Assembly: GCA_965246755.1 (NCBI GenBank)
Contig: OZ251979.1
Location: 1,566,642-1,630,641 of the forward strand
Length of the DNA: 64,000 nt
Source of the DNA: Alphaproteobacteria bacterium
GTDB lineage: Bacteria > Pseudomonadota > Alphaproteobacteria > UBA11073
Direction: 5' to 3'
This document shows positions 9,040-17,668 of this stretch, in pieces. The translations under genes were made by a program, and so were the position numbers. Each line of letters begins with the position of its first letter. The first letter of the stretch is position 1. The notes under the pieces are model-generated. The model saw only the letters and a program-made list of their open reading frames with translations, ran no database searches and was not told where the DNA came from.

Positions 9040-10230
9040 ATGGCAACGGCAGCATCAAAAAAGAAAATTGTATCTAAACAATTAGTTAAATCAAAAAAAC
9101 TTACAAAATCAGTTAAATCACCTGTGAAAGCAAAAATGCCAGTTAAAAAAACGGTCGCCAAAAACATCACAACAAAAACAAAAGCCGTCACTAAACCTGT
9201 CGTTACAAAAACCGTTAAAGCTACTCAGTCTAAAGTCAAAGCTAAAAGTATGCCGGTCAAAGGTAAGGTAGCTAGCAAGGCGAAGCCGGTGGCGAAAAAG
9301 GTTGTAAAGCCAGTGGCTAAAAAAGCCGTGTCCAAGCCTATGGCCAAAACTCTTGCAAAAAAAACCATCATTCAAAAGCCGGTTGCCAAAGCCGCTAAAA
9401 TTGTAGCAAAACCGGCCATCACCGCAAAAACCGTGACTAAAGTCAGTAAGGCGGCCGCCGTGCAGCCTGCTAATAATAATCAGCTGCCTGCAATTGCCGT
9501 CGCCGCGCCGAAAAAGGTTAAAGCGCCAGCGCGCAACAAGAAACAAAAGGCGCTGGATAAAAAACTGGCGCGGACTTTGGTTAAAATCGCTAATGCCGGC
9601 CGCACCGGTCTGGCCAGCACGGGCGTGCAATCCGCGGCGGATGCCGCGTTGCGCGCCACGATGGCGATGGCCGCCAATACCAATAATGCACAAACCGCCG
9701 CGCCAGTGGTGGCGGTGGCTCCGGCCCAGCCAGCCAAATTGGAATTCTCCACCGGTGAAATGGTGGTCTATCCCGCCCACGGCGTTGGCCGGGTGGAAGG
9801 CGTTGAAACGCACACGATTGCCGGTACGGATGTCAAACTGTTCAAAATTACCTTTGAACATGACAAGATGACGTTAAAAGTGCCGGTGCAACGCGCCACC
9901 GGCTCCGGTCTGCGCCGCCTGTCGTCCAAGGATGTCATGAAAAATGCCATGGAAACACTGCGTGGCCGCCCGCGCATTCGCCGCGTCATGTGGTCACGCC
10001 GTGCGCAGGAATATGAGCAAAAGATTAACAGCGGCGATCCGGTCGCCATTGCCGAGGTCTTGCGCGACCTGCGCCGCAACGCGGAGTCGGGCGAGCAGTC
10101 TTATAGCGAACGTCAAATCTTTCAGAACGCGTTAGATCGTTTGGCGCGTGAAGTGGCTGCGGTTGAAAAAATTGAACATGAGAAAGCCGTTAAAAAATTG
10201 GAAGATGTGTTGACAAAAACGGCGGCCTAA
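9040..10230 (+). CDS. cdnL: CarD/CdnL-family transcription factor with ~230-aa N-terminal histone-H1-like Lys/Ala/Val/Thr-rich domain
   Basis: C-terminal 165 aa: FSTGEMVVYPAHGVGRVEGVETHTIAGTDVKLFKITFEHDKMTLKVPV...SERQIFQNALDRLAREVA = CarD_CdnL_TRCF domain; N-terminal KKxVAKP/KAVTKP repeats. Confidence 0.8.
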   Translation: MATAASKKKIVSKQLVKSKKLTKSVKSPVKAKMPVKKTVAKNITTKTKAVTKPVVTKTVKATQSKVKAKSMPVKGKVASKAKPVAKKVVKPVAKKAVSKPMAKTLAKKTIIQKPVAKAAKIVAKPAITAKTVTKVSKAAAVQPANNNQLPAIAVAAPKKVKAPARNKKQKALDKKLARTLVKIANAGRTGLASTGVQSAADAALRATMAMAANTNNAQTAAPVVAVAPAQPAKLEFSTGEMVVYPAHGVGRVEGVETHTIAGTDVKLFKITFEHDKMTLKVPVQRATGSGLRRLSSKDVMKNAMETLRGRPRIRRVMWSRRAQEYEQKINSGDPVAIAEVLRDLRRNAESGEQSYSERQIFQNALDRLAREVAAVEKIEHEKAVKKLEDVLTKTAA

Positions 10231-10249
10231 TTTCTCTGATGTCCAAACT

Positions 10250-10276
10250 AAAAGCGGGCTGCGGCCCGCTTTTTAG
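10250..10276 (+). terminator. Rho-independent terminator after cdnL
   Basis: agcgggctgcggcccgct hairpin followed by T5. Confidence 0.65.
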
Positions 10277-10320
10277 TGTTGCCAATACTTTATTATCTGA
10301 TTAATCTCTAAGAAGGTTTT

Positions 10321-10638
10321 TTGGAGATAGTTATGCGGAGAAAAGCACTTTTAGGAATTCAAGATCAGGGTAGATTATTAAATGCCCTCTGTTATGCATT
10401 CCATACTGGTTATCAAACCCCCAGCCTAATCAAACAAGATATAAGAGACGGAATTCGTGAAGGATCATATCCAAAATGGATGGTTAGAATTCCGCATCAT
10501 AATGTCGCATGCAGGCTCGCTCACTTAAGACAAAGTGGCGTGCTTAAATCTTATGTGCCTTTACCAGAAAAACTTGGGCCTCGACCGAATTTGCAACATG
10601 TAGATTCTGTGGGCTGTCCGTTAGCACCGGCACCATAA
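10321..10638 (+). CDS. Hypothetical protein, AT-rich ORF
   Basis: 105-aa ORF in a low-GC segment; no recognisable family. Confidence 0.25.
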   Translation: MEIVMRRKALLGIQDQGRLLNALCYAFHTGYQTPSLIKQDIRDGIREGSYPKWMVRIPHHNVACRLAHLRQSGVLKSYVPLPEKLGPRPNLQHVDSVGCPLAPAP

Positions 10639-10656
10639 AAATAAAAATTCATTTAG

Positions 10657-10739
10657 AAATGAATTGCTTTGCCATAGGCTGACAGCACGCTTTCGTGCAG
10701 CATTTCGGATAGGGTTGGATGCGGGAAGATGGTGTGCAT
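10657..10739. repeat. Direct repeat copy 1: orphan duplicate of the last 28 codons of lpdA, with the adjacent hairpin terminator aaattcatttagaaatgaatt
   Basis: 81/84 nt identical to 11428-11511; encodes MHTIFPHPTLSEMLHESVLSAYGKAIHF, identical to the LpdA C-terminus; all 3 differences are synonymous. Confidence 0.85.
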
Positions 10740-11086
10740 TATATTTTTTCCTGTTGGCGTGCTTTAGCCAATTGCTGTTGCTGCAGCATAAATTCACGCA
10801 ATACAGCATTCATACGCGATTGGTAACCGCGGCCAAATGATTTAAACCAAGTTACTACATCATTATCAAAACGGATGGTTAGTTGGTTTTTGCGTTCTTG
10901 AAAGCTTTGCATCTTTGTAGCCAGATCTTCTAGGCCATGCACAGCAACGCTATTTTCCCAGTCAATTTCATAAGGCAAAACATCATCCTCATCAGCCAAG
11001 ATTTCAGCTTCGGTCACGGCAACACGCGACCAATCGGTCTTACCCTTTAATTTTTTTAAATCTTCGATAGTGTGAGATTTCAGCAT
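10739..11086 (-). CDS. brnA: BrnA-type antitoxin (DUF4415 N-terminal region plus ribbon-helix-helix C-terminus)
   Basis: KGKTDWSRVAVTEAEILADEDDVLP and TIRFDNDVVTWFKSFGRGYQSRMNAVLREFM match BrnA; overlaps the upstream toxin gene. Confidence 0.7.
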   Translation of the reverse strand: MLKSHTIEDLKKLKGKTDWSRVAVTEAEILADEDDVLPYEIDWENSVAVHGLEDLATKMQSFQERKNQLTIRFDNDVVTWFKSFGRGYQSRMNAVLREFMLQQQQLAKARQQEKI

Positions 11087-11315
11087 CCCTTGCTCTCCTC
11101 ATCGAAATAATGCGAATGACGGACACGCGCATCGTGATAATAACTGAAATGAACCGATTGTCTAAAAGACCGGTAGCAACAAAACGTAACTCTTCATTTC
11201 TATGGGTAGGCAGTAAAATCGGTTTATTTTCAAAAAATCTTGCAACATCTTCAAAATCCAATCCATGCTTGGCTAAATTTGACAGCTGCTTCTCTTCATC
11301 CCATTCAAATTGCAT
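11040..11315 (-). CDS. brnT: BrnT-type toxin (DUF497, RelE-fold ribonuclease)
   Basis: MQFEWDEEKQLSNLAKHGLDFEDVARFF is the hallmark BrnT N-terminus; ~90 aa. Confidence 0.8.
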   Translation of the reverse strand: MQFEWDEEKQLSNLAKHGLDFEDVARFFENKPILLPTHRNEELRFVATGLLDNRFISVIITMRVSVIRIISMRRARDAEISHYRRFKKIKG

Positions 11316-11425
11316 GCTATGCCTTGTTCAATTGAAGTTTTCTTCAAGCAATTGATTTAAGCACAATTCAAGCATCGGTCATTACCGTAAAATTATTATA
11401 ACTACAAATGTAACTACAAGTCAAG

Positions 11426-12826
11426 CTAAAAATGAATTGCTTTGCCATAGGCTGACAGCACGCTTTCATGCAACATTTCGGATAGGGTTGGATGCGGGAA
11501 AATGGTGTGCATCAAGTCCGCCTCGGTTGTTTCCATGGTTTTGGCAATGTTATAACCCTGGATTAGTTCAGTGACTTCAGTGCCGATCATATGCGCACCG
11601 AGCAATTCACCGGTTTTGGCATCAAAGATGGTTTTGATTAAACCTTCGGGTTCACCAAGCGCAATCGCCTTGCCATTACCGATAAACGGAAACTTGCCAA
11701 CCTTGAGCGTATAACCTTTTTCGCGTGCTTTGGCTTCGGTATAGCCAACCGAGGCAACCTGCGGCGTGCAATAGGTACAGCCGGGAATGTTGGTCACATT
11801 CAAGGGATGCACGCCTGGTATGCCAAAGATTTTTTCAACACATATGACGCCTTCATGGCTGGCTTTGTGCGCGAGCCACGGCGGCCCCGCGACATCGCCA
11901 ATCGCATAAACACCCTTTTCCGCCGTTTCGCACCACTGATTGATAACAATCTGGCCGCGCTCAACTTTAATCTTGGTATTTTCCAGGCCGATGTTTTCGA
12001 CGTTGCCAATGATGCCAACTGCAGAAATCACGCGATCAACCGTCAGCGTGTCAATTTTGCCGCCCGCCTCGATAGTAGCGGTCACATTATCCTGGCTTTT
12101 ATCGAGCTTTACAACTTTGGCGCCGGTTTTGATGGTCATACCCTGTTTTTCAAACGCCTTGCGCGCAAAGGCGGAGACCTCGTCATCCTCCACCGGCAGC
12201 ACACGGTCCATGATTTCAACCACCGTGACCTGCGCGCCCAGCGCATTATAAAAGCTGGCGAATTCAATGCCGATCGCGCCGCTGCCGATCACCAGTAATG
12301 ACTTCGGCATCTGCTGCGGCACCATCGCCTCGCGTGAGGTCCAAACCAGTTTGCCGTCTGGCTCCAGTCCCGGCAATATGCGGGGACGCGCGCCGATCGC
12401 CAGCACGATATGCGGTGCGGCGAGGGTCGCGGCATCTTTATTATCTTTACTGACTTTTAATTGGCCCTTGCCGAGCAAAGTCCCCTGCCCGTCAAAAACG
12501 GTAATCTTGTTTTTCTTCATCAAATGCTTGATGCCGCCGACCAACTGTGCCGATACATCGCGCGAACGTTTGACGATTTTGGACAGATCAAATGCCTGAT
12601 CCTTCGCCGAGACGCCATACTCATCAAGATGATGCAAGAGGTGGTAAATTTCAGCCGAGCGCAACAGTGCCTTGGTTGGAATACAGCCCCAGTTAAGGCA
12701 GATGCCGCCTAGATGTTCACGCTCTACCAGTGCGACTTTTTTGCCCAGCTGCGCCGCGCGGATCGCCGCCACATAACCGCCTGGCCCACCGCCGACAATA
12801 ATAATGTCAAAGTTTTCAGACGTCAT
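11426..12826 (-). CDS. lpdA: Dihydrolipoyl dehydrogenase (E3)
   Basis: IIVGGGPGGYVAAIRAAQLG FAD motif, redox-active GGICLNWGCIPTK disulfide, C-terminal dimerisation domain with HAHPTLSE-type motif. Confidence 0.9.
   Translation of the reverse strand: MTSENFDIIIVGGGPGGYVAAIRAAQLGKKVALVEREHLGGICLNWGCIPTKALLRSAEIYHLLHHLDEYGVSAKDQAFDLSKIVKRSRDVSAQLVGGIKHLMKKNKITVFDGQGTLLGKGQLKVSKDNKDAATLAAPHIVLAIGARPRILPGLEPDGKLVWTSREAMVPQQMPKSLLVIGSGAIGIEFASFYNALGAQVTVVEIMDRVLPVEDDEVSAFARKAFEKQGMTIKTGAKVVKLDKSQDNVTATIEAGGKIDTLTVDRVISAVGIIGNVENIGLENTKIKVERGQIVINQWCETAEKGVYAIGDVAGPPWLAHKASHEGVICVEKIFGIPGVHPLNVTNIPGCTYCTPQVASVGYTEAKAREKGYTLKVGKFPFIGNGKAIALGEPEGLIKTIFDAKTGELLGAHMIGTEVTELIQGYNIAKTMETTEADLMHTIFPHPTLSEMLHESVLSAYGKAIHF
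11428..11511. repeat. Direct repeat copy 2 (functional 3' end of lpdA)
   Basis: See copy 1; this copy is in frame with the intact lpdA. Confidence 0.85.
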
Positions 12827-13071
12827 ATGCTAATACTTTCACTGTAATTTTTTGTCCCAAACAATTGCGCGACCCATCCGCCGATTTTTGGAAACAAGGC
12901 ATATACATGATTTTTGACTATATTATCAACGTGTTGTGCCGTGCGACATGTAATTATAAGTCCTGACTTGCCTTGTACCCGCTCAATCTCAAAATCCTGC
13001 ACCAATTCAGGCAAATCAAAGCGGTCTAAAATTTTGTAAGCGCGCAATTGCGCAGCAGTTGGACGTGGCAT
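12823..13071 (-). CDS. Small hypothetical protein between pdhC and lpdA
   Basis: 82-aa ORF with 4-nt overlaps to both neighbours (translationally coupled); no recognisable family. Confidence 0.4.
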   Translation of the reverse strand: MPRPTAAQLRAYKILDRFDLPELVQDFEIERVQGKSGLIITCRTAQHVDNIVKNHVYALFPKIGGWVAQLFGTKNYSESISI

Positions 13072-14345
13072 TACAGCAATAATCCAATTGGGTTTTCAAT
13101 AAAATCTTTAAATGCCGCGATAAACTCCGCGCCGACTGCGCCATCAACCACACGGTGATCGACGGATAATGTAACCGTCATCACAGTCGCGATTTCCAAC
13201 TTGTCATTTTTAACGATGGCACGTTTTTCACCTGCGCCAACCGCCAGAATGCAGCCCTGCGGCGGATTGATGATCGCCGCAAATTGTTTGATGCCGAACA
13301 TACCGAGGTTAGAGATGGTAAAGGTGCCGCCCTGGAATTCCTCCGGCTTTAGTTTGTTCTCACGCGCGCGCAGGCCGAGGTCTTTCATTTCTTTCGAAAT
13401 GTCCGTTAGCGATTTGCCTTCCGCTTTTTTGATGATGGGTGTCACCAGGCCGTTCGGCGTCGCGACCGCGACCGAAACATCGGCATGTTTAAACTTTAAT
13501 ATCGCGTCTTCCGTCCAGGCGGCGTTAGCGGCAGGAATTTTGATCAGTGCCGCGGCAACTGCTTTGATTACCATGTCATTGACAGAAATCTTGGCAATAG
13601 TCTGCGCAGCATTATATTGCGCGCGAATATCCAGCAATTTATCAATTTCGCAATCCACCGTCAGGTAGAAATGCGGCACATTTTGTTTGGACTCGGTCAG
13701 ACGCTTAGCGATAATTTTTCGGATCTGACTGTTTGGTTCCGCCACATAGTCCATGCCCAGCATATCGGCCAATTGTCTGGCGTTAGGGCCCGACATAGTT
13801 GGCGCATTCACTTTAGCTGACGCTACGGCGCGGTCAGCTTGTCCCTTTGGAGCAGACTCGACATCCGCCACAACGATGCGGCCATGCGGGCCGGTGCCTT
13901 TAATAGTGGCGAGGGTAACACCTTTTTCAGCCGCTATACGTTTGGCGAGTGGCGACGCGAAGACACGGGCACCAGATGAAAGTTGGAGATTAGAAATTGG
14001 AGACTGGACAGGCGCAGATTGAACGGCCGGTGACGGTGCGTTGTTGGTGGCAATTGGTGTTTCGGTTTTTTTATCCGACGTCCCGCTTCTGACTTCCATC
14101 TCACCCTCTTCCAGCAAGATGGCGATGGGCGTATTGACGGCAACACCCTCACTCCCTTCGGCAATCAGGATTTTACCGATCCTGCCCTCATCCACGGCTT
14201 CAACTTCCATGGTTGCCTTGTCAGTTTCAATTTCAGCGATGACCTGGCCGCTTTTAACAGTGTCGCCTTCTTTCACTGTCCATTTGGACAATTTGCCCTC
14301 GGTCATGGTGGGCGACAGCGCTGGCATTAAAATTTCAATACTCAT
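13071..14345 (-). CDS. pdhC: Pyruvate dehydrogenase E2 dihydrolipoamide acetyltransferase
   Basis: N-terminal lipoyl domain ([17 protein letters not shown]), E3-binding domain, catalytic domain with DHRVVDGA. Confidence 0.9.
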   Translation of the reverse strand: MSIEILMPALSPTMTEGKLSKWTVKEGDTVKSGQVIAEIETDKATMEVEAVDEGRIGKILIAEGSEGVAVNTPIAILLEEGEMEVRSGTSDKKTETPIATNNAPSPAVQSAPVQSPISNLQLSSGARVFASPLAKRIAAEKGVTLATIKGTGPHGRIVVADVESAPKGQADRAVASAKVNAPTMSGPNARQLADMLGMDYVAEPNSQIRKIIAKRLTESKQNVPHFYLTVDCEIDKLLDIRAQYNAAQTIAKISVNDMVIKAVAAALIKIPAANAAWTEDAILKFKHADVSVAVATPNGLVTPIIKKAEGKSLTDISKEMKDLGLRARENKLKPEEFQGGTFTISNLGMFGIKQFAAIINPPQGCILAVGAGEKRAIVKNDKLEIATVMTVTLSVDHRVVDGAVGAEFIAAFKDFIENPIGLLL

Positions 14346-15184
14346 GCGAATACTTCTTTAGATGGATGTTGCGTTGATAGATAAAGACGTGGCCGTAAAA
14401 ACCAATACAAGATTGAAAATAATATTGAATTAATAAGGCAAATTAAAAAACACAATTTACCTACTTTCTGAGCGTATATAGTTAGATGTTGTAAGGTGTC
14501 AAAATTGGTAGGCAATATGAAGAAAAAATTATAAGAAATAGATGATGCAATTAGTGATGATGCACATGACGTAATTAAGAAAGACAATAAATTTGGTTTG
14601 CAAATTCTGTGGATCAAATTCCAAACAATAAAAACAACGAAAGGTACGGTTATAAAATTAGCTAATAATCCAAACGATGGCTCTACGGATCCTCCCAAAA
14701 ATTTTTCTTCAAAATTAATACATAAAAAAAGTAAAATCACATTGAATAAGCCATATACTACCAATCCAAATTCAACCAAAAAACAATAAGCTAAAATTCC
14801 AAGTTTTTTCTGTTTGAAAAAAAGCTTTCCAAACACAATTGTTGCAGGAATCAAAAACAGAAAATCAAAGGCGTAACCAATCGGCGTGCTTTGCTGACCA
14901 CCGACCGCACCAACCGCAATTATTGGCATAAAAAATAGTACGAGGATGGCCCAACCGATTAAACGGTTTTGTTTCTCTATAAAGTTGTTCCCACGTTTTA
15001 AAATTTTCCAAATTATGTTCATGATTAATGGAAATATCAAAAGCGGGATTAAAATAAAATACCCAAAAAAAAGTCCTGAATATACAAATAATGTTGATCC
15101 GCCACCCATTAATGCGACAAACAAAGAATACAGAGACACATAGATAGCTTCATTTTTCTGCAAAAGATTAAATTTAATAAGCAT
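14342..15184 (-). CDS. Hypothetical polytopic membrane protein (AT-rich) inserted between pdhB and pdhC
   Basis: 280-aa ORF, ~8 predicted hydrophobic helices, Phe/Leu/Ile-rich; GC far below flanks; overlaps pdhB stop (TAATG) and pdhC start (ATGA). Confidence 0.55.
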   Translation of the reverse strand: MLIKFNLLQKNEAIYVSLYSLFVALMGGGSTLFVYSGLFFGYFILIPLLIFPLIMNIIWKILKRGNNFIEKQNRLIGWAILVLFFMPIIAVGAVGGQQSTPIGYAFDFLFLIPATIVFGKLFFKQKKLGILAYCFLVEFGLVVYGLFNVILLFLCINFEEKFLGGSVEPSFGLLANFITVPFVVFIVWNLIHRICKPNLLSFLITSCASSLIASSISYNFFFILPTNFDTLQHLTIYAQKVGKLCFLICLINSILFSILYWFLRPRLYLSTQHPSKEVFA

Positions 15185-16563
15185 TATTTGTTACAGACTT
15201 GCTTCACAGCCGCGACAATATCTTCCACCTGCGGCAATGCCAGATGCTCAAGATTGGCGGCATAGGGCAATGGCACATCTTTCGCGCAGACGCGCGCGAC
15301 CGGCGCATCCAGATAATCAAAGGCATGTTCCATCATCAGCGCCGCCATTTCGGAGCCGATACCGTAAGAAGGCCAGCTTTCCTCAACAGACACCAGGCGG
15401 TTGGTTTTCTTGACACTTTTAACAATCGTGCCGACATCGAGCGGGCGGATGGTGCGCAGGTTAATGACCTCCGCATCTATCCCCTGCTCCGCCAATTGTT
15501 CAGCGGCCTGCAACGCCTTACCGACCATAATTGAATAGGCCGTGATAGTGACATCTTTACCTGCGCGTTCAACCTTAGCCTTGCCAATCGGCAGCACATA
15601 GTCTTCATCCGTCGGCACATCAAACGATTGGCCATACATCATTTCGTTTTCGAGAAAGACCACCGGGTTGGGGTTACGGATGGCCGTCTTCATTAGTCCC
15701 TTGCAGTCCGCGGCCGACCATGGCGCGACGACCAACAGGCCCGGGATATGCCCGTACCAGCTGGCGTAGCATTGTGAATGCTGCGCGCCGACGCGCGACG
15801 CCGCGCCATTGGGGCCGCGGAAAACAATCGGGCAGCCCATCTGGCCGCCCGACATATATAATGTCTTGGCGGCAGAATTGATAATATGGTCAATCGCCTG
15901 CATGGCAAAATTCCAGGTCATGAATTCCACAATCGGTTTTAAACCGCCGAAGGCCGCGCCAACACCAAGACCTGCAAAACCATGTTCCGTGATCGGCGTA
16001 TCAATAACGCGGGTTGGGCCGAATTCATCCAGCAAGCCTTGGGATACCTTGTAAGCGCCGTTGTATTCGGCAACTTCCTCACCCATCAAAAAGACGGTTT
16101 TATCGGCGCGCATTTCTTCAGCCATTGCATCGCGCAAGGCTTCACGGACGGTTTGGTTTTTGACGTCTTTAAAAAAACGCGTCTCATCAAAATCGTCATC
16201 AGCGAACGTCATGTGCTGCTCGGGGTAATCGGTTTTGAGGGCAGTAGCAGCGGCAGCACTAGGTTCACCCAAATCTTTAATTTGCGGTACAGCTTGCGCA
16301 GGTGCAGCAGAGACTGTTTCACCTGCGGCGCCCAACACGGCGATTGGCGCATTGACCGCCACGGCTTCCGTGCCTTCCGGCACCAGGATTTTTAGCAACG
16401 TGCCTTCATCAACTGCCTCGACCTCCATGGTCGCTTTGTCGGTTTCAATTTCGCACAGGACCTGGCCACTTTTAACGGCGTCGCCTTCCGCCTTCAGCCA
16501 GCGAGCGATTTTGCCCTCGGTCATCGTCGGCGACAGCGCCGGCATTAAAACATCAATGGTCAT
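15184..16563 (-). CDS. pdhB: Pyruvate dehydrogenase E1 beta subunit with N-terminal lipoyl domain
   Basis: N-terminal lipoyl domain [22 protein letters not shown]...[17 protein letters not shown], then transketolase-like E1-beta. Confidence 0.9.
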   Translation of the reverse strand: MTIDVLMPALSPTMTEGKIARWLKAEGDAVKSGQVLCEIETDKATMEVEAVDEGTLLKILVPEGTEAVAVNAPIAVLGAAGETVSAAPAQAVPQIKDLGEPSAAAATALKTDYPEQHMTFADDDFDETRFFKDVKNQTVREALRDAMAEEMRADKTVFLMGEEVAEYNGAYKVSQGLLDEFGPTRVIDTPITEHGFAGLGVGAAFGGLKPIVEFMTWNFAMQAIDHIINSAAKTLYMSGGQMGCPIVFRGPNGAASRVGAQHSQCYASWYGHIPGLLVVAPWSAADCKGLMKTAIRNPNPVVFLENEMMYGQSFDVPTDEDYVLPIGKAKVERAGKDVTITAYSIMVGKALQAAEQLAEQGIDAEVINLRTIRPLDVGTIVKSVKKTNRLVSVEESWPSYGIGSEMAALMMEHAFDYLDAPVARVCAKDVPLPYAANLEHLALPQVEDIVAAVKQVCNK

Positions 16564-16575
16564 TTCAAAATATCC

Positions 16576-17547
16576 TTAAGCAGCCTTTAACACGTCAGTC
16601 CATAAATCTTCCAGCGGCGGTTCCGGCGATTGTTTGGCAAATTCGACCGCCTCCAGGCAGATGGTTTTAATGCGGTCTTCAATTTCTTTAAATCCTGCTT
16701 CATCCAGCATTTTTTTGTCGGTTAGATATTTGCGCAGGCGTTCAATCGGGTCGCGCTGTTCGCGGGTCTCTTCCAGCTCTTCTTTGGTGCGATATTTGGC
16801 GGGGTCTGACATTGAATGCCCGCGATAACGATAAGTTTGAATTTCCAGCAAGACGGGCCCTTTCCCGCTGCGGATATAATCCATGGCATCGTTGGCAGCT
16901 TTGCGCACTGCCAGCACATCCATACCATCGACCTGTTCGCCCGGGATGCCATAGGCCTCGCCGCGTTTATAAAGTTCGCCCGCAGCATGGCGCGCCTGCG
17001 AGGTGCCCATGCCATACTTATTATTTTCAATGACAAACAGCGCCGGCAATTTCCACAGCGCCGCCATATTAAATGTCTCATACACTTGGCCCTGGTTAGA
17101 GGCGCCATCCCCCATATAGGCGACATTGACGCCGCCATCATTATTATATTTGTGCGCGAAGGCCAGACCGGCGCCAATCGGGATTTGCGCGCCGACAATA
17201 CCGTGCCCGCCGTAAAAGTTTTTTTCGCGGCTGAACATATGCATGGAGCCGCCCTTGCCGCGTGAATAACCGCCGCTGCGCCCGGTAAGTTCTGCCATAA
17301 CACCCTTGGCATCCATGCCACAGGCCAGCATATGGCCGTGGTCGCGGTAGGCGGTAATCACACTGTCTTGGGATTGCTGAACGGAATTGATACCGACGAC
17401 GACGGCTTCTTGGCCAATATACAAATGGCAAAAACCGCCGATAAGGCCCATGCCATAAAGCTGCCCAGCGCGTTCTTCAAACCGCCGGATCAGCAGCATG
17501 TCTTCAAACAGTTTTAACAGCAGTTGTTTATTTTTATGATCGGCCAC
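16576..17547 (-). CDS. pdhA: Pyruvate dehydrogenase E1 alpha subunit
   Basis: RRFEERAGQLYGMGLIGGFCHLYIGQEAV...; TPP-binding GDG..NQG motif. Confidence 0.9.
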   Translation of the reverse strand: MADHKNKQLLLKLFEDMLLIRRFEERAGQLYGMGLIGGFCHLYIGQEAVVVGINSVQQSQDSVITAYRDHGHMLACGMDAKGVMAELTGRSGGYSRGKGGSMHMFSREKNFYGGHGIVGAQIPIGAGLAFAHKYNNDGGVNVAYMGDGASNQGQVYETFNMAALWKLPALFVIENNKYGMGTSQARHAAGELYKRGEAYGIPGEQVDGMDVLAVRKAANDAMDYIRSGKGPVLLEIQTYRYRGHSMSDPAKYRTKEELEETREQRDPIERLRKYLTDKKMLDEAGFKEIEDRIKTICLEAVEFAKQSPEPPLEDLWTDVLKAA

Positions 17548-17668
17548 GCAGGAGTCCTGTACGGATGTTTTGACAAGGCCTCTTGTTAATCAAATTTGAC
17601 TGCCGATGCAAGCATTTGGCAGCAATTCAAGATTTATGCGATTGCAAAAAGTATTTTGCAGTGCAGCA

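Noticed and set aside
9118-9861. 247-aa reverse-strand ORF inside the cdnL fusion gene
   Set aside because: Antisense to a gene with a clear conserved domain; its open frame is a by-product of the K/A-repeat coding bias.
16722-17321. 199-aa and other ORFs within pdhA, plus similar embedded ORFs in pdhB, pdhC, lpdA, argS, topA and accC
   Set aside because: Embedded or antisense frames within strongly supported housekeeping genes.
17606-17668. Possible terminator hairpins (ctgccgatgcaagcatttggcag; gcaaaaagtattttgc) between pdhA and the hybrid kinase
   Set aside because: The stems are short and lack a following T-run on the relevant strand; not convincing.
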